Virus record (IMG/VR): IMGVR_UViG_3300031998_000045 | Location: 1 to 64,000 of that record | DNA from: a virus | Taxonomy: Duplodnaviria > Caudoviricetes | DNA: 64,000 nucleotides | Strand: one strand, 5' to 3' | Shown: in pieces, positions 20,210 through 30,174 of the stretch | Numbering within the stretch: the stretch's first letter is position 1 | Layout: every line of letters starts with the position of its first letter | Notes under the pieces: model-generated | Databases searched by the model: none | The model's input: only the letters and a program-made list of their open reading frames with translations | What the model was told of the DNA's origin: nothing | Program-made: the position numbers and the translations under genes

Positions 20210-20935
20210 CTAAACAGCTGAGTTCAGGAAGTCAGCAACTATCTCACTTCTCTTCTGCTGTATTCTGTCTAGAGACTCTCTGTACTTCTTTCCAATGTCA
20301 TTGCAGATGTCTTCACACTCTTTGCTCAGTCTTTCAATTGCTTCATCTCTCTTCTTATGAGCCGCTATCAAGTCATTGTCCATCTTAGTCTTCAAGCTAA
20401 CAAGCTCTTTCTCACACGCATCTACAAGCTCAGCTGTCACAATGTCAAATGGAGCACCTGCCATCTTCTTGATGTACTCTTCTGAGTAAACAGTCTCAAG
20501 CATCTTCTTGTTGTCCGTCAGCATGTCTTTCCACAGCATCAAGAATTTCACAGGAACATTAGCATATCTACCCAAGCTTCTAAGCGTGAGCACTTGGCTG
20601 GTGTTGCGAAGTATGATGCTGTCTTCATCATATACTGCATTGAACTGCTTGAACAGACTGTCAATCCTGCTTGCAAAGAACTTCTTAACTGTGCTTTCAC
20701 GTTCATTGATGGAAAGACTGGGATGGACATAGCATTTTATGACAGTCTCTCCATAGAAGCTTTGGACAATGGACATGCGTCTGATGTCTATTGCATAAAA
20801 GAACTCCATTGAAGAGAATATAGTGTCTCCATAGTGCTTGGTCATTGTCAAAAAAGCATCTATGGCTGCAAATGCTTCTGGCGTGAACAGTCCAGTCTTG
20901 AATGAATATTCCTTCATGATTACCGCATTGTTCAT
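20210..20935 (-). CDS. TGLY/coiled-coil paralog family member 1
   Basis: N-terminal KTGLFT; GAPFDIVTAE followed by a coiled coil. Confidence 0.75.
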   Translation of the reverse strand: MNNAVIMKEYSFKTGLFTPEAFAAIDAFLTMTKHYGDTIFSSMEFFYAIDIRRMSIVQSFYGETVIKCYVHPSLSINERESTVKKFFASRIDSLFKQFNAVYDEDSIILRNTSQVLTLRSLGRYANVPVKFLMLWKDMLTDNKKMLETVYSEEYIKKMAGAPFDIVTAELVDACEKELVSLKTKMDNDLIAAHKKRDEAIERLSKECEDICNDIGKKYRESLDRIQQKRSEIVADFLNSAV

Positions 20936-21573
20936 CCAATCTCTCCATTCTCTGCTTTGCTCAGCATCTCTTTGATCTCGTTGCGCTTCTTTCTGAAGTC
21001 ATGCTTGACAGACTCTTGGGCTTCACTCCACTTCTTGTGGAGTGCTTCTGTCTCTGCATTCTCTTTCTCAACAAGCTCATCTAAAGCTTTATGCTCATCT
21101 TCTGCAAGCTTCTTCAGCTCTTCTTGGCAAACTTCAATCAGCTCCACTGTCACAGTGTCTCTCTTAGCTCCCATTAGTATGTCAAGCCATCCTTCTGGAT
21201 AAGACTGCTTCATGCTGTCTAGACTGTTGTCTAAGACATCATAGAGAGCTAGCATGAACTCAGACGGTAGAGCATGCGGACCGTCAGACAGAAAGAACTC
21301 GACAGGAATTCGGCTGTTTCTTGAGTCTGGATCATCAGGATCAATGCCGCTCTTCTCAAGCAAGTATCTGATCACTGTCTTGATGAATCCAGCAATGTTG
21401 TCATCTTTGACAGAGAAAAGCAATGCAACTTTGAACGACACCTCGCCATCTGGCTCACGGTCTGGAACAAGCGTGATGTTTGTGTTCTTAGCTTGGTTCA
21501 AGATCAGACACATCTCATTTACAAGCTCATAAGCAAGACCGCTGTGCATCTGAGTGTAGACTTTCTTTGTCAT
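20932..21573 (-). CDS. TGLY/coiled-coil paralog family member 2
   Basis: HSGLAY; GAKRDTVTVE followed by a coiled coil. Confidence 0.7.
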   Translation of the reverse strand: MTKKVYTQMHSGLAYELVNEMCLILNQAKNTNITLVPDREPDGEVSFKVALLFSVKDDNIAGFIKTVIRYLLEKSGIDPDDPDSRNSRIPVEFFLSDGPHALPSEFMLALYDVLDNSLDSMKQSYPEGWLDILMGAKRDTVTVELIEVCQEELKKLAEDEHKALDELVEKENAETEALHKKWSEAQESVKHDFRKKRNEIKEMLSKAENGEIG

Positions 21574-21731
21574 AGATGTTCTCCCTTCTGGCATAGATTA
21601 TATCAAAAACCAGACGGTTCAGCCACTTAAGAAAATGAAAAAGGCGTCCGCGGCAAGGAGAAAAATCCGCAGACGCCAGGCAAGCCCACGAAAGGAAAAG
21701 CTAAGCTTGCCATCAAATAAATTATACACTT

Positions 21732-22088
21732 TTATTTACAATCTTGTCGTCTGCATTTGCGAAGAGGCTTAGTCTCATGAGCATAGACTTCTTCTAGAAG
21801 CCGACATCCAGCTTGGCTTATTTCATAAGTGCATCTGCGTCCAGCATATATAGGGATTATCAAGCCCTTTTTAACCATAGCTGCATACATAGAGGAGCAC
21901 CATCCTCTAGATGAACGCCACAGTGGAAGTCCTAGAGCATTCCTAGAGATTTCGTCTCTAGAGCATGGACTATGATGGAAGACATACTTGAGCACTTTGA
22001 CATACTGGCTGTCCGGCTTGGGATGCGTGAAAGTGTATCCATTGTATGACATGCATTCACTATAGGCCACAATGCGGGTCATAGTCAT
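21732..22088 (-). CDS. Winged-helix-like protein, similar to 53975..54304
   Basis: TFTHPK..SQYVKVLKYV...GWCSSMYAAMVKKGLI...YEISQAG. Confidence 0.65.
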   Translation of the reverse strand: MTMTRIVAYSECMSYNGYTFTHPKPDSQYVKVLKYVFHHSPCSRDEISRNALGLPLWRSSRGWCSSMYAAMVKKGLIIPIYAGRRCTYEISQAGCRLLEEVYAHETKPLRKCRRQDCK

Positions 22089-22100
22089 TTCTCCTTTTGC

Positions 22101-22913
22101 TTAGACAAGCATGCTCTTTCCAGATCTGGCATTTGATATCAAAGACTTCAGATCATTCTTCTTCTTTGCAAACTTAGTTTTTGCAGCATCTAGCATTGTC
22201 TTGTACTTGACGTCAATTGAAGCTGTCCTGATCTGGAATTCTCTTTCAATTTCTTGCCTCAGTGCCTGGACTGCTTTCTTGTATTCATCTTTGATGCTCT
22301 CAATGGTCTTTTCAGACTCAGCATCTAAAGCATCAAGCTCTTCATTTGCTGTCTTGACTGTCTCATATGCAATTGGATCAAGCTGCTCTCCGATGAATGT
22401 GCTTGCATATTTCTTTCCATAGATGCCTATAACATCTTTCTTCAAGAATAAGTCTGCGACAAACATCAAGTCTTTGACTTTGACCATGTATTTTTTCGGC
22501 TTGTCTTCATTCCATTTTCTGCCGATGTTTGGTGAACGAAATCCAATCAGTTTGATCTTGTCATCCATATGCGACTTCAGATTCTTAGAAAAGAGTGTCT
22601 TCAGGTAGTCGTAGATGCATCTGCCAAGCTGAGCAAGGATCTTCTCAAAAGACATGCCAGACATCTCTATAGCAGACCGCCATTCATTGTCAGTCCAGTT
22701 GAAGAATCTGTCTATGACAACTTCATTTGTTGAATGACGCTCAACAAACCCTCTGCTGTAAAGCCATTCTATGCAGCTCCAGACATCTTTTGACATGTCA
22801 ATGTCACATGTGCCAAGCTCTCCAGCCCAAGAGTAGTTGTCTACAAAAGCTTTGACAGCATTGTATGCTTTGTCTGTGTACAAGCCTGTATGTATCAATG
22901 TGCTGCTTAGCAT
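22101..22913 (-). CDS. TGLY/coiled-coil paralog family member 3
   Basis: IHTGLYT; GEQLDPIAYE followed by a coiled coil. Confidence 0.8.
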   Translation of the reverse strand: MLSSTLIHTGLYTDKAYNAVKAFVDNYSWAGELGTCDIDMSKDVWSCIEWLYSRGFVERHSTNEVVIDRFFNWTDNEWRSAIEMSGMSFEKILAQLGRCIYDYLKTLFSKNLKSHMDDKIKLIGFRSPNIGRKWNEDKPKKYMVKVKDLMFVADLFLKKDVIGIYGKKYASTFIGEQLDPIAYETVKTANEELDALDAESEKTIESIKDEYKKAVQALRQEIEREFQIRTASIDVKYKTMLDAAKTKFAKKKNDLKSLISNARSGKSMLV

Positions 22914-22974
22914 CTTCTTTTCTCCTTTACACTATAGATCTTATCAAAAGTCTACAATGTCAGCCATTTAAAGC

Positions 22975-23256
22975 TTATAAGTCTACAGCTGAAGATGTCA
23001 CTTTCTTGGCAACTTCTCTGTCCTTCGGCTCAAAGATGTCATCTAAGCCGTGGATGTTGTACTTTTTCAGAGCTTCCTTGAGCTTCTCAAGAGCACGCTT
23101 CTCAATCTTGTAGATGCCCATTGCTGACATCGGCTTTGCTTCAGACTTTTCATCCCAGAGAGCAAATGCCGTCTCTTCATATGTCAGTCTCTTGCCGTCT
23201 TTGTGCTTCTGCAATGCTTTCTTCTTCTTGCTTAGAAGCTCTTCTTTGTCTGCCAT
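22975..23256 (-). CDS. Stand-alone sigma70 region-4-like HTH protein
   Basis: LTYEETAFAL...MSAMGIYKIEKRALEKLKEAL matches the region 4.2 pattern. Confidence 0.7.
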   Translation of the reverse strand: MADKEELLSKKKKALQKHKDGKRLTYEETAFALWDEKSEAKPMSAMGIYKIEKRALEKLKEALKKYNIHGLDDIFEPKDREVAKKVTSSAVDL

Positions 23257-23347
23257 ATCTTTGTCCTTTCAGCTCAAATGCATCTAAGCTGCCTGGACAG
23301 CCCTTCTGGACTGCCCAGACAATGTATGGAATTCCTATGTGCTAGTC

Positions 23348-23599
23348 TTAGCGTCCGTGCCAGATATGTCCGTTCCAGTCATAGACATTCATCTTCTTCC
23401 AAGTGCCAGTGGTCTCATCATACCACTTCATCCAGCTCTGCTTGAAGGCAATCTTGACATGCCTAGCACCAGCAGGAATGACAATGGTCTTCCCCATAGC
23501 TCCGTCTCCATGGACAGGATACTTCAGAGGAGTATTTCCCATGTCGTACCAGTTGTAGCTGCTGTTGGTGATGCTCTTGGATGCGGTCTTGGTCTTCAT
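23348..23599 (-). CDS. Small Trp-rich hypothetical protein
   Basis: SD plus promoter repeat. Confidence 0.6.
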   Translation of the reverse strand: MKTKTASKSITNSSYNWYDMGNTPLKYPVHGDGAMGKTIVIPAGARHVKIAFKQSWMKWYDETTGTWKKMNVYDWNGHIWHGR

Positions 23600-23662
23600 C
23601 TTCTTTCTCCTTTGTGGTTGTCTACGTTGTAGATCATATCAAAAAGTCTGTGGTCTAGCCAC

Positions 23663-24442
23663 TCAAGACAGCTGCATTTTTTTAGACTTTGCTTGCCGTC
23701 TGAGCTTTGAAGCTTCAGCGATCTTGTTATGCCATTCATTTTTGACATGCACAATCTTGTCTTGCCACTTAGACTTCAGCTGTGTGAGCTCGTCAGTCAT
23801 CTGGTTCTCCATGTCGAACACAATGTCTTTTAGAGACTTCTTCATGCTTTTGATCTCTTCATCAAGAGACTTGACCATCTCATACTGGATGGGATTCAGT
23901 CCGACACCTATCATCTTGTCAACGTCTTTCTTGCTCCATCTAGAGAGGTCTTTGCCAGCTAAGATGTCATGCAGCAGCACAATGTCATATACATCCACTG
24001 TCTCTATCTTGTCATCTGCATAGTATCCAGCTGAGTTGATCACTCCACGGCATATCTCAATCTTCATGCCGCGCTTTAGAGCTTTTCTGCTAGTGAAGCA
24101 TTTAGAAAGCTGTGCATTGGTTCTCGTGTCCGGTCTTCTATGCTTAGCTGCATGAGCTTTGATGAACTTAGCAAAGTCTCTCAATGCAGTGCTAGAGCAT
24201 GTGCTGTTGAACACAGATGATTCATCACTCCATCTGGAAAGGAAAGCATTGAAGTTGGCAATAGCAATCTCACCCGTGTCAAGCTGTCTGACAACACCAT
24301 ATTTGACAATTTCTTGAACATGCCTAGAGAACTTGTCTATGAAGCTGGAACCTGATATTGCCTGTCCATCAATGTCTTTAGCATTGACAAAGATGTTCAG
24401 AAGCTTCTTTGCTTTAGTTGAGTACAAGCCTGTGCAGACCAT
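23663..24442 (-). CDS. TGLY/coiled-coil paralog family member 4
   Basis: VCTGLYS; GVGLNPIQYE followed by a coiled coil. Confidence 0.8.
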   Translation of the reverse strand: MVCTGLYSTKAKKLLNIFVNAKDIDGQAISGSSFIDKFSRHVQEIVKYGVVRQLDTGEIAIANFNAFLSRWSDESSVFNSTCSSTALRDFAKFIKAHAAKHRRPDTRTNAQLSKCFTSRKALKRGMKIEICRGVINSAGYYADDKIETVDVYDIVLLHDILAGKDLSRWSKKDVDKMIGVGLNPIQYEMVKSLDEEIKSMKKSLKDIVFDMENQMTDELTQLKSKWQDKIVHVKNEWHNKIAEASKLRRQAKSKKMQLS

Positions 24443-24495
24443 GTTTTTTCTCCTTTGCATTATAGATTGTATCAAAAGCTCGGTGGTTCAGCCAC

Positions 24496-25194
24496 TCAAG
24501 CTGCGCAGAAGTTCTTCTTGGCAGACCGGATGTCTTCAATCATCTTCTCAAGCTTCTCGACTTCTGCTTCATTGTCAGCAATGATCTGCCGCTTGCGCTC
24601 TTCATGAGCCTTCTCTTCAGCTGCAAAGTCATCATCAAGCTTGCTCTTGAGACGCGCAATCTCTTCTCTCAAAGTCCGCAGAGACTCATAGCAGACTGGA
24701 TCAAGCGGGATTCCCTTGACTTTTTCAACAAGCTTCTTTGAGATTCCCTTCGGCATGCTATTTCCAGCAAGAAGATTTGCAGTGCAGACAAAGTCTCTAG
24801 CTTTGATCTTGACTTCAAGCTCTTCACCAGGTTCACATCTGTCATCATCAAACACGTTCAAGACTAGCTTCTCATCTAAGCATCCGCTGAGAGGGCGCTT
24901 GAACTTTCTGCACTGTATGCTTGCGAATTGAAGCATCTTCTTGCCGAACTCTTTGAGAATCTCAGTCTGAGACATGCCGCTTTCTTCAATGGCTTCTATG
25001 AAATTGTCATTACTGATGTGTTTGAACGGAACAAAGACAACTTCGTTTGAGTCATCTTGCACAACAATGCTATAGTTGTTGATGTCATCAATTTCGTCAA
25101 GTGAGCTGTTTTCGATAACAGTATTGTCTGAGAAAGCTTTAAGGCAAGTGCATGCAATCTTTGAATAGAGTCCTGTCCGTATCTGTGGTGTCAT
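24496..25194 (-). CDS. TGLY/coiled-coil paralog family member 5
   Basis: IRTGLYS; GIPLDPVCYE followed by a coiled coil. Confidence 0.8.
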   Translation of the reverse strand: MTPQIRTGLYSKIACTCLKAFSDNTVIENSSLDEIDDINNYSIVVQDDSNEVVFVPFKHISNDNFIEAIEESGMSQTEILKEFGKKMLQFASIQCRKFKRPLSGCLDEKLVLNVFDDDRCEPGEELEVKIKARDFVCTANLLAGNSMPKGISKKLVEKVKGIPLDPVCYESLRTLREEIARLKSKLDDDFAAEEKAHEERKRQIIADNEAEVEKLEKMIEDIRSAKKNFCAA

Positions 25195-25233
25195 CTTCTT
25201 TTCTCCTTTGCACTATAGATTGTATCAAAAGAT

Positions 25234-26052
25234 CTATGCTTCAGCCACTTGAAGTCTAGCAGCTTCTCTAGCAGCATTGAACCTCTTCACAAGATCTTTG
25301 TTCAGCTCTCTGCGCTTGACCACAAAAGCTTCATGGATGGCATTCTCGGCTTTGTCAATCTCTTCATCTTCTTGACGGTTGAGCTCTCTTTTTCTGTTGA
25401 GAAGATCGTCTATGGCATCTATGATCTCATCTTCAACAGCCTTCAGCACCTCATATCTGACTGGATCATTTGGTTCGCCTGTGAAGCTTTCTATGTAAGC
25501 TTCTGGAAACTTCTCAAGCTCAGCAGTCTTGTTTAGGAGCTTAGCCCAGATGAAGTAAGCATCTTTCAAAGACACTCTGACATTCTCAAGCTTGCATTCT
25601 TCATAGTCATCGTCATCATCGTCATCATCGTCCATGTACTGCAGCGGGTCTAGATGCAAACGGACTCTGTAGTATGAGCCTTTGTCCTTGAAAGACTTTC
25701 TGCTGTCATGCCGCCATTCTTCAGGAGAGCATTTTTTCAGAATGCCTGACTTGAATGCTCTAGCAATGCAGCATAAGATCTGCTTGTCAGACAAGCCGTG
25801 GAGCCTCTCTTCAAAGATATTTTCAAAGTAGTGTACATTAATAGCATTCTCAGAGTTGCCGATGACAACTTCGCCTGAAGGGTCTCTGTAGACTGAGGAA
25901 TACACGTTGATAGCCATACGGATGTTCTCTCCATTCTTTGTCTTGGGAAACCTGCAGCAGCAGACAGCAAGCACTTTCTTGACAAGCTCAACTGCTCTGT
26001 CTGTGTACAATCCTGTGCGGATGGCTCGGCGGGGGATGCTTTTGTAAGACAT
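25234..26052 (-). CDS. TGLY/coiled-coil paralog family member 6
   Basis: IRTGLYT; GEPNDPVRYE followed by a coiled coil; internal poly-Asp run. Confidence 0.8.
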   Translation of the reverse strand: MSYKSIPRRAIRTGLYTDRAVELVKKVLAVCCCRFPKTKNGENIRMAINVYSSVYRDPSGEVVIGNSENAINVHYFENIFEERLHGLSDKQILCCIARAFKSGILKKCSPEEWRHDSRKSFKDKGSYYRVRLHLDPLQYMDDDDDDDDDYEECKLENVRVSLKDAYFIWAKLLNKTAELEKFPEAYIESFTGEPNDPVRYEVLKAVEDEIIDAIDDLLNRKRELNRQEDEEIDKAENAIHEAFVVKRRELNKDLVKRFNAAREAARLQVAEA

Positions 26053-26122
26053 AGTTTTCTCCTTTGCACTATAGACTATATCAAAAGCCAGACACTTCAG
26101 CCACTCAAGACTTCAAGTTTTT

Positions 26123-26956
26123 TCATGACAGACTTACAAGATGCTGGTAAGATAGCTTTCTGCCTCTCAACTTGCTGATCTCAGCATCTATCTCGGCAAG
26201 ATGCTTAGCATATTCATTGCGGATCATGTCTATTGCGGCAGCATGCTCATTTTCTATAGCATGCACTTTTTCATCATATTCAAGCTGAGCAGCATTGATC
26301 TTGGCAGCACGAGCATTTCTAGCCTCTTCAACTAAGGCATCAAACTTGCTCTTGAGAGCTGCTTTTTCGCGGTCTAGTGAAAGAATTGCTTCAACAGCAA
26401 TGAAGTTGTTCGGCTTGCCGACTATTGAGTCCACAAGCTTGCGGTCGTATTTTGACATGTCTGCATTCATCAAGAAGTCAGCTACGACATTTGCATCAGC
26501 AATCTTCACTTTGCATTCATGGCTAGGGTTGTCATAGACAGAGACTTCTGTTCCAACTGCATAGCTGTATGCTTTGAACTTCAGATCTGTCGTCTTCTTG
26601 CCGCACATAGCTTTTATCAATTCTCCAATAATATGGCATACGTCATTGGCATCTATTCCCTCAATTTCTAGATCATCTATAAGATCATCATATTCAGGCT
26701 CAAACGGACCGATCAAGATCTCATTTGTGCTTTGGTCAATGCATGCACATCCTTTGACAAGTATTGGATCAGCTTTCTTCATGACTTTTGCCGTCTTCTT
26801 GTTGAAGACTTTCTCAACATTACCACGTTCATTTTCAACCAGCTCTTCAGCATTCATGATCTTTCTAAGCACATCAAATGCTCTGCTAGAATAGAGCCCG
26901 GTATGGATGACTTGCTGGCACTTGACAATCTCTGTTGTCTTTTCTTTCATCTTCAT
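26123..26956 (-). CDS. TGLY/coiled-coil paralog family member 7
   Basis: IHTGLYS; GKPNNFIAVE followed by a coiled coil. Confidence 0.8.
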   Translation of the reverse strand: MKMKEKTTEIVKCQQVIHTGLYSSRAFDVLRKIMNAEELVENERGNVEKVFNKKTAKVMKKADPILVKGCACIDQSTNEILIGPFEPEYDDLIDDLEIEGIDANDVCHIIGELIKAMCGKKTTDLKFKAYSYAVGTEVSVYDNPSHECKVKIADANVVADFLMNADMSKYDRKLVDSIVGKPNNFIAVEAILSLDREKAALKSKFDALVEEARNARAAKINAAQLEYDEKVHAIENEHAAAIDMIRNEYAKHLAEIDAEISKLRGRKLSYQHLVSLS

Positions 26957-27029
26957 TCTCCTTTATTGCTGCTGCACTATAGATTGTATCAAAAGCCCAG
27001 TGGTTCAGCCATTCAAGACAAAAGAAAAA

Positions 27030-27056
27030 GTCCAGCTTTGAAGCTGGACTTAGTCT
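27030..27056 (-). terminator. Intrinsic terminator ending the RNA-cluster transcript
   Basis: AGTCCAGC-TTCAAA-GCTGGACT hairpin followed by TTTTCTTT on the - strand. Confidence 0.7.
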
Positions 27057-27067
27057 TAGTCTAAAGC

Positions 27068-27121
27068 AAGACACGTGTGTTTGGTGATTTTCAAGATCAA
27101 TAAGTCTGCTGCAAGTGTCTT
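27068..27121 (-). ncRNA. Scaffold RNA E2 displaying a Ser(UGA)-like anticodon loop
   Basis: AAGACAC-TTGCAGCAG...TGAT-CTTGAAA-ATCA-CCAAACACAC-GTGTCTT. Confidence 0.75.
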
Positions 27122-27128
27122 AAAGGCC

Positions 27129-27229
27129 GAGTGTTTTTCATGTGCCGGCTCCATCACAGAGACTGTGCTTGCGGAGACACCCGACAGAAGATGAGCTCAA
27201 CACTGCGCGCCAGTGGAACTCCCACACTC
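27129..27229 (-). ncRNA. Unassigned three-way-junction structured RNA
   Basis: Closing GAGTGT/ACACTC; hairpin GAGTTC-CACTG/CAGTG-GAGCTC; hairpin TGTCGG-CTCC-CACAG/CTGTG-GGAG-CCGGCA. Confidence 0.5.
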
Positions 27230-27289
27230 AAACTTCCTGCAAGATTCAATTAAAGGAAAAACAAAAATGAAAAATGAAAGTGATGTTGC

Positions 27290-27443
27290 TAGCCGATGTG
27301 ATGTGAATATGGTGAGCCGCATTGTGGAACCCAGCACTTTGTTGCTAGATGAGATACGCTCATCAGCTTATCGTGCCAGCTAGATGCTTCAAGCACGGCT
27401 CTTACCTGAAGCCATTTCTCTCTGTACGCGTCTAGAGGAAATT
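27290..27443 (-). ncRNA. Possible multi-hairpin ncRNA
   Basis: Consecutive hairpins (GGCT/AGCC, GTGC/GCAC, GATGAG/CTCATC) in non-coding DNA within the RNA operon. Confidence 0.35.
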
Positions 27444-27446
27444 GAC

Positions 27447-27496
27447 AAGACTCATTTTGTTTCATTCCGTAAATGATAGTCTGCTGCATGAGTCTT
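27447..27496 (-). ncRNA. Scaffold RNA E3 displaying an Arg(ACG)-like anticodon loop
   Basis: AAGACTCAT-GCAGCAG...TCAT-TTACGGA-ATGA-AACAAA-ATGAGTCTT. Confidence 0.75.
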
Positions 27497-28544
27497 AAAA
27501 TGATGTAAATTCAAATTCTTCATAAAACTATTTATTTTTGTTCAACTATACAAAATCATAAAAACGATTAAAATGTTTTTGAACATATATATCTTGCTTG
27601 CATGGTTTTGGAGACAACTAATCTTTAATAATATATAATGACCAGCCAGCTTTTAGTATCTCATTTCGTTTTATATTATCCCTATTCTAAATAGCTTTCA
27701 ATGATGATCGTCTATCATTTGATATCTATTTATAATGCCATGGACCATTCCATTGTATAGCAATTTTTTCATCTACTATTAAAACATCCACATCCCATCC
27801 ATTAAAAATAGGACTATTATGCTCAACATGTTTAAATGATGATTTGCATAAGTTATAAAATTTTATTTCACATTTTGATCGTCTTTGTTCATTCTATTTT
27901 GCAATTGATCGTCTTCCAGCCAAAGAAAGCTTCTATTTAGTTTCCTATGACATAAATTCATTTCGATGTGTTTTTACATACTATTTGCATTCAAATGAGC
28001 AACAACTGCTTTTATCAACATCTAAAAACCATTTTTTACATTTTATACATTGTTTAAATCTATAGACTTTATTCTAAGAACGAGCATTCATATGACTTTT
28101 TATTTTAACAACAATATATTTTTTATTAGTTGTTTGTTGTTTTTTAATTGTTTGTTGTTTTTTAAGTAACTATGGTTTATGTGAACGTCCTAATCCATTT
28201 GCGCAACTTCTTGAACAAAATCGTCTTATATATTTTTTACCTTTTAAAACTTTTTCATATTCATAATCTGTCAAATCTAACTGATACGGCTTTTTACAAA
28301 TAGGATTTTCACATATAAATGTACGTGGTTTTCGTGTTAATTCACGCTATATTTTTTCATGAGTAAGCTTTTCAGCATGTTTTCGATTCATTATTAAAGA
28401 ACCGCGTTTCTATGCTGCAATATTTGCTTCTCTTTTAGGATTGCATTTACATGTTCTCATATGCGCAGTTGCAATTCCTGCCATTCGAAATGAACCATCG
28501 GTTTCAAATTCTTTTCCACAATATTTACAATGTATTATTTTCAT
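27495..28544 (-). mobile_element. Free-standing Vsr/DUF559-like homing endonuclease gene with N-terminal Zn-finger repeats (349 aa, TAG=Gln)
   Basis: AT-rich ORF missing from the track; about 13 in-frame TAG and no TAA/TGA. CKYCGKEF, FCSRSCAN; C-terminal RSKCE...WDVDVLI..KIAIQWNGPWHY...RD..KR..I.KAGW. Confidence 0.85.
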
Positions 28545-28583
28545 ATTTTTTATTTACATTGTTAGCGGATATTTAAATCGAAT

Positions 28584-28663
28584 TGCGGACGGTCGAGTTG
28601 CACGACTAGGTTTCCCAGAAAGCGTATGAGACTTTCTACGCTGCTCCGCGTTGTTTCATCCGC
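28584..28663 (-). tRNA. tRNA-Met(CAU)-like, atypical D and T arms
   Basis: Acceptor GCGGATG/CGTCCGC; loop CT-CAT-AC; T-loop TGCAACT; no encoded CCA. Confidence 0.6.
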
Positions 28664-28689
28664 CATAAAATTCTTCAAAGACCAAATGC

Positions 28690-28748
28690 AAGACGCGTGT
28701 TGGGTTTAAGATTAACTGTCTTATCCAAGCAGCTGCTGTGTGCGTCTT
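28690..28748 (-). ncRNA. Scaffold RNA E4 displaying an Asn(GUU)-like anticodon loop
   Basis: AAGACGC-ACACAGCAG...TAAGA-CAGTTAA-TCTTA...GCGTCTT. Confidence 0.7.
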
Positions 28749-28819
28749 AAAGCTGGATGCTCATCGGCTTCCACCGCTTCACATATATTATTATACCGCA
28801 TTTGAAATGCAATTAAACT

Positions 28820-29527
28820 TCATGACATCAAAATGTATGTGTAGTCTTTTGTCACTTCAACAATAAATACATCATCTGATTTGACAGCATCATACATCAT
28901 TTTCATTCTTCGGCATAGGTCATCATACTCAGCTTTCTTTTTCTGAGTTAGATCTAGCTTAGTCTGCTCATTTTCATCCATGAAATCTTCCTCTTTGAAA
29001 AATTTGAATTTTATTCTATCTGGCTGATATGTAGAGACTATCATTCCAGCATTGATGATGATCTTCATCCATTCATTGAAATAGTCTCCATGCACATCAT
29101 ATTCACCAATCATCTGACGAGTGCCAACTAATTTAACAGTGTGGTCTTTCATTTTAGAAATTGGTCCGTATAACATGTCAAATTCATGGATCATTTCATG
29201 GCATATGACATTCACCATTGAAACCATAGAATCATATTTCACTTCTCTTATGATCTTTATCAAAGGAACTATTTTTCCTGTAGCATTGTCAACTTTGAAT
29301 CCAATTGCTCCCTTTGCAATTTCATTAGTTCTGTCAATTATGCGAATTTCAACATCAGTAATCAACTTTGACTCAAAGATGACTTCATTCACTATTTCAT
29401 ATATAGCTTTTAGATCAGCTTCATTTGCAGAATACTCTGATGCTTCATCAGACAGCTTAGATCCAAATCTGTCATAAAGAGCTTTTCTCAATGGAAAATC
29501 TGACAACTTTTCACTAATAGCATTCAT
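28820..29527 (-). CDS. SprT-like Zn metalloprotease
   Basis: ICHEMIHEF...YDVHGDYF (HExxH plus downstream HG..F). Confidence 0.8.
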   Translation of the reverse strand: MNAISEKLSDFPLRKALYDRFGSKLSDEASEYSANEADLKAIYEIVNEVIFESKLITDVEIRIIDRTNEIAKGAIGFKVDNATGKIVPLIKIIREVKYDSMVSMVNVICHEMIHEFDMLYGPISKMKDHTVKLVGTRQMIGEYDVHGDYFNEWMKIIINAGMIVSTYQPDRIKFKFFKEEDFMDENEQTKLDLTQKKKAEYDDLCRRMKMMYDAVKSDDVFIVEVTKDYTYILMS

Positions 29528-29550
29528 ATATAAAATATACTTCAAATGAA

Positions 29551-29912
29551 TGGACGTGGGGAGAGTCGAACTCCCGTCTTGCTCAGTCTTTCATGCACCT
29601 TGTTCACATGCTTATGCTCTGCTTAGTTTCTCTCTGCTGCAGCAAGAGCAATGACTCGCAGGAGATCTTGTGGAAATGACTGACCTCAAGCGCTTCCACA
29701 TCTTGAGGACGTTCCGCCAAGTGATGATGCAGCTTCCGGTACCAGCGGACGGTCTCCCAGAGCTGCAGGTTGTCTTACAGATCGCTTAGATCAAGCAGCC
29801 ATAGCGTAGTCATACTCGCCATTTAGTTGTTTGCTTGGTTTTGAAGTGGACTAAGCTCCACTGCATGCATAGACACACAATTGATTCTGCCAATCGATAC
29901 CGTGTCACGCCC
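29551..29912 (-). ncRNA. ssrA: tmRNA; tag peptide (A)GEYDYAMAA
   Basis: Acceptor GGGCGTG/CACGTCC-A with G3-U70; T-loop TTCGACT; resume context CTAAAT-GGC GAG TAT GAC TAC GCT ATG GCT GCT TGA. Confidence 0.93.
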
Positions 29913-29922
29913 TTGAAGTTGA

Positions 29923-29997
29923 TGGCGTCTCCAAGTGGAGTTGAACCACTCTTGCAAGTATGAAAAACTTGAGTCCTAGCCGATAGACGATGGAGAC
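29923..29997 (-). tRNA. tRNA-Glu(UUC)
   Basis: Cloverleaf; loop TT-TTC-AT; GCCA end. Confidence 0.9.
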
Positions 29998-30011
29998 ATC
30001 TTGAAATTGTC

Positions 30012-30087
30012 TGGTCACGGTGACAAGACTTGCACTTGCATGCCACTGCTTAAAAGGCAGTTGCTAACCTATTTTAGCTACACCGTG
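30012..30087 (-). tRNA. tRNA-Lys(UUU)
   Basis: Loop CT-TTT-AA; variant T-loop TGCAAGT; ACCA end. Confidence 0.85.
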
Positions 30088-30091
30088 AAAT

Positions 30092-30168
30092 TGGTACCAG
30101 TGATGGGATTCGAACCCATACTGAAGTGATTTTGAGTCACGTGCCTCCTGCCTTTGGGCTACACTGGC
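30092..30168 (-). tRNA. tRNA-Leu(CAA) with short variable loop
   Basis: Loop CT-CAA-AA; 5-nt variable region; TTCGAAT; ACCA end. Confidence 0.88.
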
Positions 30169-30174
30169 ATTGAC

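Noticed and set aside
27345-27375. Hammerhead ribozyme core (CTGATGAG on the - strand)
   Set aside because: No correctly placed GAAA or stem II/III; the motif is part of a simple GATGAG/CTCATC hairpin.
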